DNA of 64,000 nt from Octopus sinensis (Eukaryota): positions 46,810,001-46,874,000 of the forward strand of contig NC_042999.1 of NCBI RefSeq assembly GCF_006345805.1, read 5' to 3'. The notes beneath the pieces were generated by a model, which saw nothing but the letters and a program-made list of their open reading frames with translations, was not told the origin of the DNA and ran no database searches. The translations under genes and the position numbers were made by a program. Of this stretch, positions 10,790 through 24,183 are shown piece by piece; the stretch's first letter is position 1, and every line of letters starts with the position of its first letter.

Positions 10790-13314
10790 AGGTGGCGGTG
10801 TGTGTGTGTTGCGTCGTGTTCTCTATCTACCGTATGAACAATTGTACAAGTGCCAGAAAGAGGACGTAATATCATACGTACTTAAATGACATGAATGACT
10901 GGTTTAAATATGTTTATTTGCTCTTTGTTTCCTATCCATATTCAGTATTTTAAATTTTGCTTCTCTTCCTCCATTTGTCTTTCGCCATTTACATTATTTT
11001 CTTCTTCTATCTCTTTTTTAGTTCCACGCTGTTCATCGAGGTAAAACATTGAGTATGAGCTAGAACTAAATGATTGTGAGTGCAGGTATAAGTGTATCAG
11101 TAACACAGCTTATTGGATATTAGACCGTTTAGTAATTTCGGAGTGAAGGAAAAGCGGTAAAACACGAGCCAGATTCTATGTGATGAGGATTCTTAAGTGA
11201 ATGGGAATACAAGACTGTCAAAAATGCCGGCTCTAAATGCCGGTTACTCAGTTGTTATTGCCTATAAAGCGAAACCACATGGGAAAAATATCGACAATAT
11301 AAATAAGAGAAACAATGAAGTTTGTTAGATTTCTAAAGAATTATACATCTCCAAACTGACTTTTGTAGAATTTAGTTTTCTCCTCGACTTTTTACCTATA
11401 CTCGAGATACAAAGTATGAACTGGTGACGTAGATATTTGTTTTTCAGAAGATATAATGATCTGATATGACAATCAGAAAATGTATTCTTTCATTACTAAT
11501 ATTTAAAATTATGCAAACATAAACAAATAAACTGAAATAAAGAAAATATAATGATGTAAGTTTAAATGAATTAGATATAATGAAGAATGGAAATTCTGTC
11601 ACGTAATCAAATCGCATTGTAATTACCTCTCTCTGCAGTGTGCTTCGGGAATTAGAATAACGAAAGGATTATGATACAGATATAAAGTTTAAATGGGATC
11701 CGTCGTATATTCTGTTTTGTCGAATTTCATATTATAAAAATTAAAGTCTAGCGAGTTCTCTTTTTCAAAGCAGCTAATTATTGTCGCTTTCTTTTGCCGA
11801 GCATTGAGAGAAATAGCTATATAAATCCAGTTGCTTTTCACGATAACCTGCAGGTTTTTATTTCACATGGCTTTCAACAGAACTGATGACATGATTACAA
11901 AGAAATATCAATATAATTAATGTAATTAAATGATACGACCAACTTAATCAAATGCTGGATATGAATAGTTTCGATTCAAACCTAATCTTTGAAGCCATAT
12001 TCATTTTAATCGTATACACTCTGACTATATGCATATCTAAGTCTTTCGGATTTATCTTACAATATATTATACTATTTTTATATATATAAAGCGCAAGAGA
12101 AATGATAACTATTAAGGCAACATTTCCTTATTGTCGTATCTTAAAGTTGAATTAAAGAACACGTCACGCAGGGAAGTAAAATGTGTGGATATCACAAAAA
12201 CGATACCATACAACTGAATTTAATATTTATTGTTCCTATTTACAAAGAAATTCAGCTAAAAAGCTTAACGCCTTAATAACCATTGTTATAAAAATTTACT
12301 GAATTGGTGGTTTAAAATTTAAATCGAACAAATGCTTTATAATCTCGTTTAAGATATGAAAATCGGTGATATTTTCTCTTATAAAAATATCAATGATATC
12401 ATACAATAGAATAATTACAAACACATATATTGTATTCCGAAAAAGTATATTGTATTCTATGCTTCAATATATTGAGATAATGCTTTCGTGACGAATTCTA
12501 CCTCTACACTATAGAATTAAAATTTTGATCCTATGAAATCATCTCTCCCTTTTTCTTTGACAATCAATAGCAACTGCCGAACAATTTTGGCATATTTTCT
12601 TCAAATAAGAGACAAATTTTAATTAGTTGAATATGCTTTACATACAGCATGTGGTCATTTTGACCGCGCAGATTAACAGCTAGTGGCATTACTTACATGA
12701 AGCCATTTTATATGTTAATTTTATATGAAGGTAATCGAGTAATTGAACATGCATAAAAGTGATTTACTGTAAAATTGGTCTTACATATTTAAGAAGAATG
12801 GATGTAGGTCAAAGCAAATTATACCATTTGCAAAAACATTTTTTTAAAATTAAATTAATTTTATCAACATCATGAAATTTTGTAAACATATATCTTTTAA
12901 TGAGAAAGATATTTGAAATAATTGACGTGTTTTAGGTTTTTTTATGTAATATCAACATTTCGTAAATATGTTGAGGTCTGTTATTTCGAAAATTGAATAT
13001 GTTATCATCATATAATATCTCATCCGATTAGAGAATTAATGAGTTCAGATTGTTAACGTACTTTACACTACTCTCGGCGGACATAATTTATTCCGTCATA
13101 AAATAAGGGCAACTGTCCAGGATTCAACTGTATTTAGGGAATGTGTGAGGATGATTTATAGTGCTTAAACAATAGCATCCAGAGAACCAAACTTTTGTGA
13201 TATTGCGTGCAAAGAATAAGTGACAATAGAGTTAATTAGACACATTGAAATACTATAGGCAGGTTGTTTATAAAGGGTCAATGCAGACTCACAACTCACT
13301 GGAATTGCATCGGG

Positions 13315-14877
13315 GTTCAATTTAGCCTCGGTAAATGTGCAAAAACTAGTTTTATCAAAGGTATAATGACAGAAGCATTCAAAGTTAATCTTGACTAGCA
13401 GAATGTCAAAAATGAGCTAGAACAGGCGTAAATAAAAAATACCCGGGGATACTTGAGGAGACGGAATCAAACATTCAGTGAAGAGGGAAAGGATAAGAAG
13501 AGGATGTTATCGCTGCCTAATCGCCATACTCAAGACAGATTTGAATGCAAAAAACAGGATCGAAGCGATCAAGGTTTTAGCCATACCTGTAGTGGCTTAC
13601 AGTTTCAATATCCTTAACTGGTCAATTACTGAAATGTCTAATCTTGACTGAAAAAACGAAAATTGTTAATAATGCATAGAATGTACAACCCTAAAACAGA
13701 TAACGAGCTATTTTAACTGCCAAGAAAAGTGGGTAGCCGCAGATTTTCACAACTGGAATTAACAATGAAGATTGGCACAATTGGCCTAGATACCTACCTG
13801 AAAAACTTTGATGACTGGATGTGAAAACCTGTCTCAAACCACGAGACAGGTTAAGAAGTAACTAAGTGAATTCAAAATACAACAAAATTCCAGAATAAGA
13901 CATAATAGAAACAATCACAAAAATAATCTTAGATATTCTTACGGATAATTGGCAAGAAAAACCTCTCAATGGCAAATACGCAATAAAAGCTAATAATGCC
14001 GATGTTGACAAAGCTCTAACCCATCAATGGTTAGTGTTTTCTAGCCTAAAATCAGAAACAGGAAGGATTATAATTGCAGCCTAACATCACTGACTACCTT
14101 CAAGGAGCTACCAGGTCAACATATTAGAGAACGGCAGTTGCACAACATGACGTGTACGTAAACAACAAAATCCAACCATTGATCAAGTTGTCTCCATGTG
14201 CAGTCTTCTTGCGCCTAAAAGGCATGATAGAGCAGCACAATATATTCCCTGGGTAAATTTCAAAAACATGGACCTACACCATGATAAAATCTGGCGGAAA
14301 CACAACTCACCTCAAGTGTTTGAAAATGATCACATCTCATTCATCTAGAGCATCGCCATTCAAACTGACATAAAGATAGATGCAATAGGCCAGGCATTAT
14401 ATTGAAAGATTTCAGACAAAATCATGGTTCCTCATTGATATGACTGTCCCAATCGACATAAATGTATCTATCAAGACCTACGAGAAACTGAGAGAGTATA
14501 AAGATCTTGAAATAGAAATTAGCAAAATGTGGGACCTCAAGATTGAAACATTATCTGTCGTCATAGGTGCCCCAGGAATGATAGTAAAATGAGCATATCG
14601 CTACCAGGAAGCCCCAAAATGGCAGAAATTGATAGGCAGTGCTCATAGGAACTGCCTATATTTCAGAGTACATACTATGTCTGTACTCTAAAATATAAAA
14701 AAAACCTCATAATGTTCTTACGTTTTCTTAAACACTCTCTTGAACAATACTAATTGCAAAACCAAATATATGACACACTAGTCATAACACCAACATGAAT
14801 TTCTAACTTGTCTCTTGAGATCTCTGGGCGAGACTTGGAGTCAACTTGTACAAATACAAAGTAAAAGTCAAACATAT
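13315..14877 (+). pseudogene. Old, multiply disrupted R4/Dong retrotransposon (third subfamily)
   Basis: Fragments FSLGKCAK, LNAKNRIEAIKVLAIPVVAYSFNILNW, WQEKPLNGKY, LIDMTVP and YKDLEIEISKMWDLK, separated by stops and frameshifts. Ends in (AAT)n. Confidence 0.88.
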
Positions 14878-14914
14878 AATAACAATGATAATAATAATAG
14901 TAATAACAATAATG

Positions 14915-14996
<82 letters not shown>

Positions 14997-15180
14997 TAAT
15001 AATAATAATAACAACAATAATAATTGTCATATTACTATTATTATTATCATTATTATTATTATTATCATTATTATCATTTTTTTAATTATTATTATTAATA
15101 TTATTATTATTATTAGTAGTAGTATCATAATTCTACTTCTTCTTCTTCTTCTTCTTCTTCTTATTATTATTATTATTACG
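14878..15180. repeat. (AAT)n tract followed by inverted (ATT)n/(CTT)n tract
   Basis: The repeat strand flips at about 15025. Confidence 0.9.
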
Positions 15181-15245
15181 ATGTGAAACATTTATCAATT
15201 ATACCATGAGTTGCTTATTAAGATTAAATTATACAATTAAATTAT

Positions 15246-15566
15246 ACGTGGCATCTTGGGCAAGTGTCTTCTGCTATAGCCCAGCGCTGACCAATGCCTT
15301 GTGAGAGGATTTGGTAGACAGAAACTGAAAGAAGCCTGTCGTATATATGTATATATATATGTATGCATGTGTGTGTTTGTCCCCCTAGCATTGCTTGACA
15401 ACCGATGCTGGTGTGTTTACGTCCCCGCAACCAAGCGGTTCGGCAAAAGAGACCGATAGAATAAGTACTGGGCTTACAAAGAATAAGTCCTGGGGTTGAT
15501 TTGCTCGACTAAAGGCGGTGCTGCAGCATGGCCGCAGTCAAATGACTGAAACAAGTAAAAGAGTAA
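15246..15566 (+). mobile_element. SINE family A, 5'-truncated
   Basis: TTGGGCAAGTGTCTTC through CAGTCAAATGACTGAAACAAGTAAAAGAG; near-identical to 23830-24160. Confidence 0.9.
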
Positions 15567-17647
15567 TTCTGTAGGAGTTTAAAAGCGTAGACTCATTACA
15601 GGAATAAGCATCTACGGTAAATTTAACTGCATGACACTGGAGTAATAAAATTATGGACGTTCCGATTGCCAGCATAATGTCCAGTATTCTTGGTTGATAC
15701 ATGAGAGACATATAAATGTTACATAAATAGAATGAAGTACTCATGATACAGAGAATGGTGAAGTTTACCATTGTATGAATTGCCTTGCAAGGCATTTTGA
15801 AAGCTAATTCCATTTTTAGGTTTACAAAGCATGGGCAGCATGATATTATCGTGCTCTTCTGTAGATGTTCTATAGATGATAAATGCTTACAGGTATACAT
15901 AAAGACTCACAGATATAATAAATTTCATATCTCCTATCCCAAATCGATTGATATCAAAATTATCAAAGTTTTATCTCGCATTAAAGTAATATGGCAGGAA
16001 TAATTACATCTGTTCAGAATGTCGTGATTATAAGAGGTACAAATTGAGGAAATATTCATGAAGCGAAAGACATTTACAGCGAAACACAAGCGAAATGCAA
16101 GGGAAATGCACTTCTCTGAAGGTTTTACAACTTTAGTGTGAAAAGCGTCACAAGATCTATAAATCAGTTCAGTGCCATACTACACATCAGGTATATTGTG
16201 CTGAAGTAAATATATCTTGTAATAAACGTGAGTGAAGTAATAAAATCTTGAAAGCACAGTAGCTGACTGTTATACTTAGATCCTCACAATTATATACTAG
16301 AATGATAGATATTTCTTACGGCATGTGAAGATATCAATAGCGTTTTACGATTTTTTCTTTTCTTTTTTGCTTAAACGTTGTATTAGTCGAAAATAAAATG
16401 TTACTAGAAATGTTAATAAACTGTTGAAAAATTTTGCTGAAATGGAAACTTACAGGAAAATTGTTTAAATTTTGAATTAAATTTCAATATATTTGGAATA
16501 TTCAGAGCCAATGGTGTTAACAACACCTTTTTTATTCTGCTGTGTTGTCAAAAGTCACAAACTCTCATTCTCTCTATCTCTCTCTCTCTCTGTTAGGTTT
16601 ACTATAGATGAGGCAATATATCTCTTATCTTATAATCTTGGTCATTTCTACCTGTTCATACTACGCTTCATCTTAAATGTGACAGATATTTTCTAATAGT
16701 AAGAGGAAATTGTTTTGGCTACTGTATATTCAAATGTACTAATTGAAGGCACAATTTTATTCAGTTTATTTCATTTCCTCTACTCTCCTTTTGTCTCCAT
16801 TTGATAATTGATATTAGGCTTGGCTTTCTTTATATCACTAATTATAGCAAATAGCTATTGCGATGGTAATCATTTTTGATGCTGTTAATTAGTGCACAGG
16901 ACTTCAAATTATAAAGTAATGTACCATTTATTATTGAATCTCATCATTATATGTAATTTAACTGAAATCTAAATTTAACAGGATCGGTGTGTTTAGACAT
17001 TTTACATATTTTCATAAAAATATCACTGTATTGAATGCACATTTAAAAACAACCAAATAGAGGCCTCGAATATATTCCAGTTTGCAAATATATCACGTGA
17101 TACACCCATTGAATGTAACAAATTTCCTTACGAGATAAAAATTTAGCCTTAAATTTACAACACAACTTTGATGACTTTCTGTTATATCGCACGTTCCGAT
17201 GACCTCTACTCAACTCCGACATCTAGATTTCTTCCTCTATATCTACATATTGGGCTAGCCTACTTCATTGTCTGGGGGCGTCCACACAACACTTTCAGTG
17301 ATAGAATATGAACAATTGAGGTACACATTCTCCTCAAGTAGCATATTTTAGAATTGTTTTGTATTTCATGTCACGAGAACGTCGTTAATTTATACGTTAG
17401 TACAGTTCAAAGTCGTTTTCGTTTGATTTACTTATATTTTTTTTAAAGATTCACTGAAACAATGATCATTAAGTCTTTGCATAGTTTTCTCATAAAAGTT
17501 ATAGTTTTTTCAGCCCAGTCTATTTGCAAGAAAATAGACTGGGCTGAGCATTTATAAATAGTAGCGATCGGTGTAAAGTTTGTGTGTTAGTTCCAGTTGA
17601 GTTTACAGGGAAGTCGGAAAGTGTCGGTTGGTTAGTTCGTTTGTAAT

Positions 17648-18014
17648 CGTGGCACTTCCTCGGTTACGACGACGAGGGTTCCAGATGATCTGATCAACGG
17701 AACAGCCTGCTCGTGAAATTCACGTGCAAGTGGCTGATCACTCCACAGACATGTGTACCTCTAACGTAGTTCTCGGGGAGATTCAGCGTGACACAGAATG
17801 CGACGAGGATGGGCCTTTTAAATACAGGTACAACAGAAACAAGGAGTCGTGGTGAAAGAATATAGTGGGGTTTGCCACCACACCCTACTGGAGCCTCGTG
17901 GAGCTTTTGGTGTTTTCACTCAAGAAACACTCACAGCACCCGGTCTAGGAATCGAAACCGAGATCCTATGACCGCGAGTCCGCTGCCCTAACTGCTGGGC
18001 CGTTGCGCCTCCAC
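17648..18014 (-). mobile_element. tRNA-headed SINE family C, tail type 1
   Basis: Minus-strand head GTGGAGGCGCAACGGCCCAGCAGTTAGGGCAGCGGACTCGCGG...GTTTCGATTCC. 11-bp TSD TCGTTTGTAAT/TCGTTTGTTAT. Confidence 0.85.
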
Positions 18015-18240
18015 TCGTTTGTTATATTGATTGTTGATTCTTGAAGAGACTGTTAGATTATTACGTTGTTATTACGGCTGCATTGTTATCTTGTTCACTG
18101 CTAGTACACTGGTGTAGTATATTTAAACCAGCTGTCAGAATATCCTGGCGGAACCATGACGTTAGAGACGGAAGATACATTGGTGTATAAGGTGTATCTT
18201 TTCAAAGAGTACATTACTTTGCATAGAGGTGTCTCCTATT

Positions 18241-18455
18241 ACTCTCTCTCTTTTACTCTTTTACTTGTTTCAGTCATTTGACTGCGGCCATGCTAGAGCA
18301 CCGCCTTTAGTCGAGCAAATCAACCCCGGGACCTATTCTTTGTAAGCCCAGTACTTATTCTATCGGTCTATTTTGCCGAACTGCTAAGTGACGGGGACAT
18401 AAACACACCAGCACGGTTGTCATGCAATGCTAGGGGGACAAACACAGAAACACAA

Positions 18456-18504
<49 letters not shown>

Positions 18505-18676
18505 CATATATACGACAGGCTTCTTTCAGTTTCCGTCAAGCAAATCCACTCACAAGGCATTGGTCGGCCCGGGGCTATAGCAGAAGACACTTGCCCAAGA
18601 TGCCACGCAGTGGGACTGAACCCGGAACCATGTGGTTGGTAAGCAAGCTACTTACCACACAACCACTCCTGCGCCT
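18241..18676 (-). mobile_element. SINE family A, full length
   Basis: Head AGGCGCAGGAGTGGTTGTGTGGTAAG, internal (TA)/(TG) microsatellite, and GTAAAAGA-type repeated tail. Confidence 0.92.
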
Positions 18677-19618
18677 TATCTCATATCATCTCATATTTCT
18701 TCATAAGAACAAGAAGAAATAACAAAAGATACTCCGTGTTTGTCGCTGATAAACTTACATTCGAGATGAAGCGTTAAAACACTAATTCATCGACATTTTA
18801 ACCGCGAGCGATTTCATTAAACATAAGTTATATATGGATATAAAAACATCAATTCACACCAAAGTTTGACTGCAAGCTAAACAGGGAAAGCGAAAAGCAA
18901 AATGAATTGGTGCTAGCGGAAAGAAAATAATTGGTCTATATAACTGGAACTGCGATGAAAATAGAAATTATTCGTACTTTATATGCTCATGTATGGTTTT
19001 TATCACTTAGTCGTATTTATTTCACGGGACAAATAAAAGGTAACAAAATAAATAATTAAAATGACCCTCCTAGCAGAAATCTTAAAAAAAACTTAACAAA
19101 GAACTTATAAATGTTAATTGGCATATAATCGATGAAAAATGGTCTAAAAATACTTTATCTTTATTTTTATCTATTTATAATCTCTATAAAAATCTATCAT
19201 ATTTTATAGGACGTCCAATTAATACAGAACGTTAAATTCATATACTACAAGCTTATTATTGTTTTGTAGGAAACCAAGTACATCACCAAAACCAACAACA
19301 CCAAAACGTCAAAATCATCATTTCTCATTTCCAACGTTTAAACTTGTTACTTGTTACCGTGAAAATATATCCCTTTATATTTCTTGGAAAATATATTGAT
19401 TTACAATTCAAGAATAATTTTAAATGTTTATTTGTGGCCAAATAATATTGATCGTTAGTCATATATTTGCCCTTTATATGGCCTAATAATTAACCTTTAG
19501 GGATGAAATTAATCACTCGCTCACGCATACACAAGGAGCTACACACATACGTATACGTACTTGCGTTCAGTTTTATCTATTATTATATGTATTTCTATTG
19601 TAGGTGTATGCACATAAC

Positions 19619-20305
19619 TGGCCGAGGAATGGCTGATTGGTTAAGAAGATTGATTCGTAAACATGTTGCACTGCATTCAATCCAAAGAAACTGTAGTCTG
19701 CATTACTTCGTTTCGCACTGAGCCTAATTGGTGAAATAGAAAACTGCATGGAAGCCCGTTGCATTTCTCCAATTTCCGCCAATTCACATATTCTGGGAAT
19801 CAAATACTGAATAATAGCACATACGCTTTTGGACAAATCAGTTTCAGGTATTTCCCCATTCTGGCAGCCATAGCAGTGAGATTAAGAAGTCTACTCGGCG
19901 ACTATAAAGTTTTTGGATCGGTTCCTCTGCACGGCACCGTACTTTGAGCTGTAGCCCTAGTCAAACCAGTTCCATGTGAGTGAATTCGGAGGACAGAAAC
20001 TGTGTGGATCCCAGCGTTTGTATGTATACACATATGCACATATGTGCGTGTTTTTGATGTGTGTGCGTGCGCACGCGCACCTGTGTTTGTGCGCGTCTTT
20101 TTATTTGCGTACATTTCCGCTCGCTTGACAATGTGTGTTATCATGTTTCCACCTCTGTAATCACCGTTTCAGCAAAAAGAAACTGATAGTTTAAGTATCA
20201 GTCATAAATTAATTAGTATGGTCAATTTCTTCGACTAACCCAACAATTTGTCACTAGGTCATGGTCATAATCTAATGACTGAGACAAGTAAAAGAGTGAA
20301 AAAGT
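19619..20305 (+). mobile_element. Two old SINE A-related copies (head fragment plus near-complete copy)
   Basis: Degenerate A/B boxes at about 19625 and 19865-19930; tail TCTAATGACTGAGACAAGTAAAAGAG at 20271-20296. Confidence 0.6.
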
Positions 20306-20444
20306 ACAGAGAGCAAGCTCTATCCAAATGAGCGTTTTCACTTTAGTTAATTCGAAAAATAATCTCCTGGTTTTACTGGAAACGTTCATTAATGCTCTAG
20401 AAAAATAATTTCTGACGTTAGTATTAGATCAGCTGAGGATTCAG

Positions 20445-20834
20445 GGAAATAAATCGATCTCAGTAGTTGACTGTTACATTATATTGTGGAGAACACAACT
20501 GAAAAGCAAAGCTGACCACGAATGAAGTTGAAGTGAAAATGTAAAGGAATGAAGCTTAATGTAACAGCATTGTATTTTGCATAACGCTCAACAGATCCTG
20601 CACATGCAGAAGTCGTATTAAAAATAGTTATGATAAGAATAACGATTGGTACAAGGTTGGAATTGTTGAAGAGGTAGCCGACAACATCGATCCCAGTGCT
20701 CAACCAATACTTATCTTATTGACTCGAAAGATGAAAGACAAAGCAGACTTCGACAGATTTTGAATTCAGAACATGAAGAGACGGGTAAAACGACGCTAAG
20801 CATTTTGCCCAGTATGCTAACGCTTCTCACCGCC
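20445..20834 (-). mobile_element. SINE family B copies (one clear at 20646-20834, one degraded)
   Basis: Reverse complement of the GGCGGTGAG...GTTAGCA...CTGGGCAAAATGCTTAGC...TGAATTCAAA pattern. Confidence 0.7.
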
Positions 20835-21617
20835 TTAATAAGAATAGTCATAATAATAAAATTAATAGTAATAACAATTGAGAAAGTGAACAATTATGAT
20901 GAACTGGGAAAGCGCAGATCGTTGGCAATGAGGGAAGTGGAACGATATTAATGACTGGTGCACTTTTGGAGTATCAATTACCCAAAGACAAACGTGAATC
21001 TAAAAGACTGGAACGAATGTACAGATAGAACACCAACATATATCGTCATTGCTTGGTATAGCAAGAATCTTCCACAGGGTTCTTGAAGCGTGATTAGTAA
21101 ACAAGTGTTACCTTAGTTAGAAGGTTGAGGGTCAGTGTCATTTTCCATCATACCTATCAAAATAAAGCTGAGATTTTTCATGATATAATGATAAAGCTAG
21201 TACTAACAAAAATTTTGTTCCGCAAAGAAAGTTAGATATGTAGGCATAGTTGATATAAAGGCATTACCTAGAAGTTACGAATTTTATGAATGCCGCAAGT
21301 GTGAAAACCAAATTCAACAGGGCAGTATTTTTTAACACTTAATAGCATAGCGGCCAATGTTTTTACATGTATATAGATACTGATGAAATATATTACTAAT
21401 TCTAAAAAGTAACCCAGATTGTATAATGATTATAGCAATACAACTTTACAGGAGTCAAGTGTCTCATTTATATAAATATAAACCTCATATCATGTCGAAG
21501 AAGAGAACTGAAATAGAAAAGGATCTAATAGCAAATAATCTAGCACCACTTGAATTTCGGGGTGGTAAATAGTGGGCTAATAATTATATCTAACGCCCAT
21601 ACATCCAAATCTAACTA

Positions 21618-21819
21618 CAGTTACCCCTCGACTACCGCGAGTGTTACGTTCCAGAAACCCTACAATAGGTGAAAATCCTCGAAGTAGAAATAGTACTGTA
21701 TATATTTTTTATTACTTTTATAATTTGTATATATTTATTTTATGATAAATGCAAAACAACACCATGGAGGAATCAACGTAAGCTTAACTAATAAACTGCG
21801 ATATGGCGAGGCATTACTG
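21618..21819. mobile_element. Tigger/pogo-type MITE
   Basis: TA-CAGTTACCCCTCG at the left end and CGAGGCATTACTG-TA at the right end form imperfect TIRs with a TA TSD. Confidence 0.7.
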
Positions 21820-22900
21820 TAGCATTGAATTTTTCCTATGTCTCTTTTTAGATATGTCCTGTTTCAAATACGTCTAGATGAATTTCATTGATCTATGAGT
21901 AAGGTAGTGACAACTCGTAAAATACTCAGCTGACTGAATGTGTTTCATGCGAAGAAAAAAAAGAGAATATTTCCTCAAGTTTTTGGTGGCAAGATATTTT
22001 GCTTGCAAAATGCAATGTTTTCTTTGAAATTAAGAACTTAATGTTGTCAGTGACCCATTTCATAATTCCATAGCCCTATTAATTTATATATAAAGTCAAT
22101 TCTGAAATCCTTTGTGTACAATTTATTCAACGAGGACGCATACGCGTACTATAGTAAAATATTGGAGATAGTATGCAGAGATAAGCTCCCGTTTGTTGCA
22201 AGGAAGGAGAAACGACAGATATATTAAGAAGCTTAAATGAGTTAATGTTACGTTCTAAAACGCCTAATGGTCATTAGTGGGAAGACTCAAAATCGAGTCG
22301 TAAATTCTAACATTGTAATTTAAGAATCTGTATTGATAGGCGCATTTGCAATATCTGATAATGTGTTTCACTCACCCGTGTTTCACTACAATCAGTGAAG
22401 CGCTGTGTCCATGGCCGATACACTACTCACTGAAAAAGTGTAGTACACCCGAAAAGTTACAGTAGGTTGTTATAAGCAGCAGACAACAGTGCAGTTTTAA
22501 TAAATGTTTACTATGCTCGGAGGCAGTAGATTTGACTTATGCGAATTATACTTCAGAATTTTTCCTTGTGATTAGCGTCACTACTTTCGCTTCGATTCCT
22601 TTATATTTATAATTACTCCCATAGATGTTAAATACTGTTTGCGATGTTATCATTATTATTGGCATATTGTGAATGCAAGAGAGATAGTATGAATAATTCA
22701 GTGCGCTAGTAATTGCCTCAAAAAGCTTGCAGAACAGAAAGAATATTCTTTTACTCTTCTACTTGTTTCAGTCATTTGACTGCAGTCATGTGGGAGCACC
22801 GCTTTAAAGGGTTTTATATAGAATGTAGCAGATTCAAGGTTTGTGTTTAGACATATATATGTATGTATATATATATATACAAAAAGTCCCTAATTATAAG

Positions 22901-23031
22901 CATAATTGCAACTAGGGTTCAGCAAAATTTGCTTCACCACATACCGAAATTCAGAAGTAGCAGTAAAACTGCTATTTCTAAATTTCGGTATGTGGTGAAG
23001 CAAATTTTGCTGAGCCCTTATTATAATTATG
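22901..23031. repeat. ~64-bp-arm palindrome (3-nt loop)
   Basis: AGGGTTCAGCAAAATTTGCTTCACCACATACCGAAATTCAGAAGTAGCAGT-AAA-ACTGCTATTTCTAAATTTCGGTATGTGGTGAAGCAAATTTTGCTGAGCCCT. Confidence 0.9.
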
Positions 23032-23172
23032 GAATTTTTGCATAAGGATACAGATAATGGATATTTTAACATACCGACCTACTTGGAAAATTATTAATTA
23101 TTATTTGACTTTATTATTATTTATATATATATATATATATTTAAACAAGGAGATGTGGAATACGATATATAA

Positions 23173-23414
23173 AAAAGGAAATGAAGAAAATGCTGACAAA
23201 ATAATTTAAGTAATTTAAGTAATTTAATTAGGTGAAAGTTCTTTTTACCGGTTGCGCATTTGTTATGCTTTTTCCAGATAAGAGGAAGAAATCTATCAGA
23301 AAGGAACTCTAATCTTTTGATAAGCATAACAAATGCGCAACCGGTAAAAAGAACTTTCACCTAATTAAATTACTTAAATTACTTAAATTATTTTGTCAGC
23401 ATTTTCTTCATTTC

Positions 23415-23419
<5 letters not shown>
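23173..23419. repeat. Perfect 98-bp inverted repeat with 51-bp spacer (Penelope-like pLTR fragment)
   Basis: 23173-23270 is the exact reverse complement of 23322-23419; (TA)n lies on both sides. Confidence 0.92.
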
Positions 23420-23461
<42 letters not shown>

Positions 23462-23762
23462 TATATATATTCGACAGGCTTCTTTTAGTTTCCGTCTACC
23501 AAATCCATTTACAAGGCTTTGGTCGTCCCGAGGCTATAGTAGAAGACACTTGCCCAAGGTGTCACACAGTGGGACTGAAACCTGAAGCCGGAGCAATGTG
23601 GTTGGGAAGCAAGCTTCACACCGCACTGCTACGTCACAATATGGGAATGAGTTTAACCAAGATTATTTCTTGTATAATGACATTTTGTAAATTGGCACGA
23701 AAAATTAACAATTGCATTCGGTTTAATACTCCAGGGAAGGCAGACTTTTTTTAGAAAATATT

Positions 23763-24183
23763 CAGGAGTGGCTGTGTGGTAAGTAGCTTGTTTACCAACC
23801 ACATGGTTCCGGATTCAGTCCCACTGCGTGGCACCTTGGGCAAGTGTCTTCTACTATAGCCCCGGGCCGACCAAAGCCTTGTGAGTGGATTTGGTAGACG
23901 GAAACTGAAAGAAGCCCCTCGTATATATGTATATATATATATATGCATGTAAGTGTTTGTGTGTCTGTGTTTGTCCCGCTAGCATTGCTTGACAACCGAT
24001 GCTGGTGTGTTTATGTCCCCGTTACTTAGCGGTTCGGCAAAAGAGACCGATAGAATAAGTACTAGGCTTACAAAAGAATAAGTCCCGGGGTCGAGTTTCT
24101 CGATTAAAGGAGGTGCTCCAGCATGGCCGCAGTCAAATGACTGAAACAAGTAAAAGAGTAAAAGAATAAAAAAAGAGTAAGAG
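23763..24183 (+). mobile_element. SINE family A, full length
   Basis: CAGGAGTGGCTGTGTGGTAAGTAGCTTG head through to an AAAAGAGT-type repeated tail. Confidence 0.92.

Larger units (their letters stand above)
22745..23625 (-). mobile_element. SINE family A split by fold-back insertions
   Basis: Tail at 22745-22810 and head/body at 23471-23625, with two hairpin elements and (TA)n between them. Confidence 0.7.

Noticed and set aside
23763-23830. tRNA genes at SINE heads
   Set aside because: A/B-box heads continue directly into SINE bodies with no tRNA 3' end or poly-T terminator.
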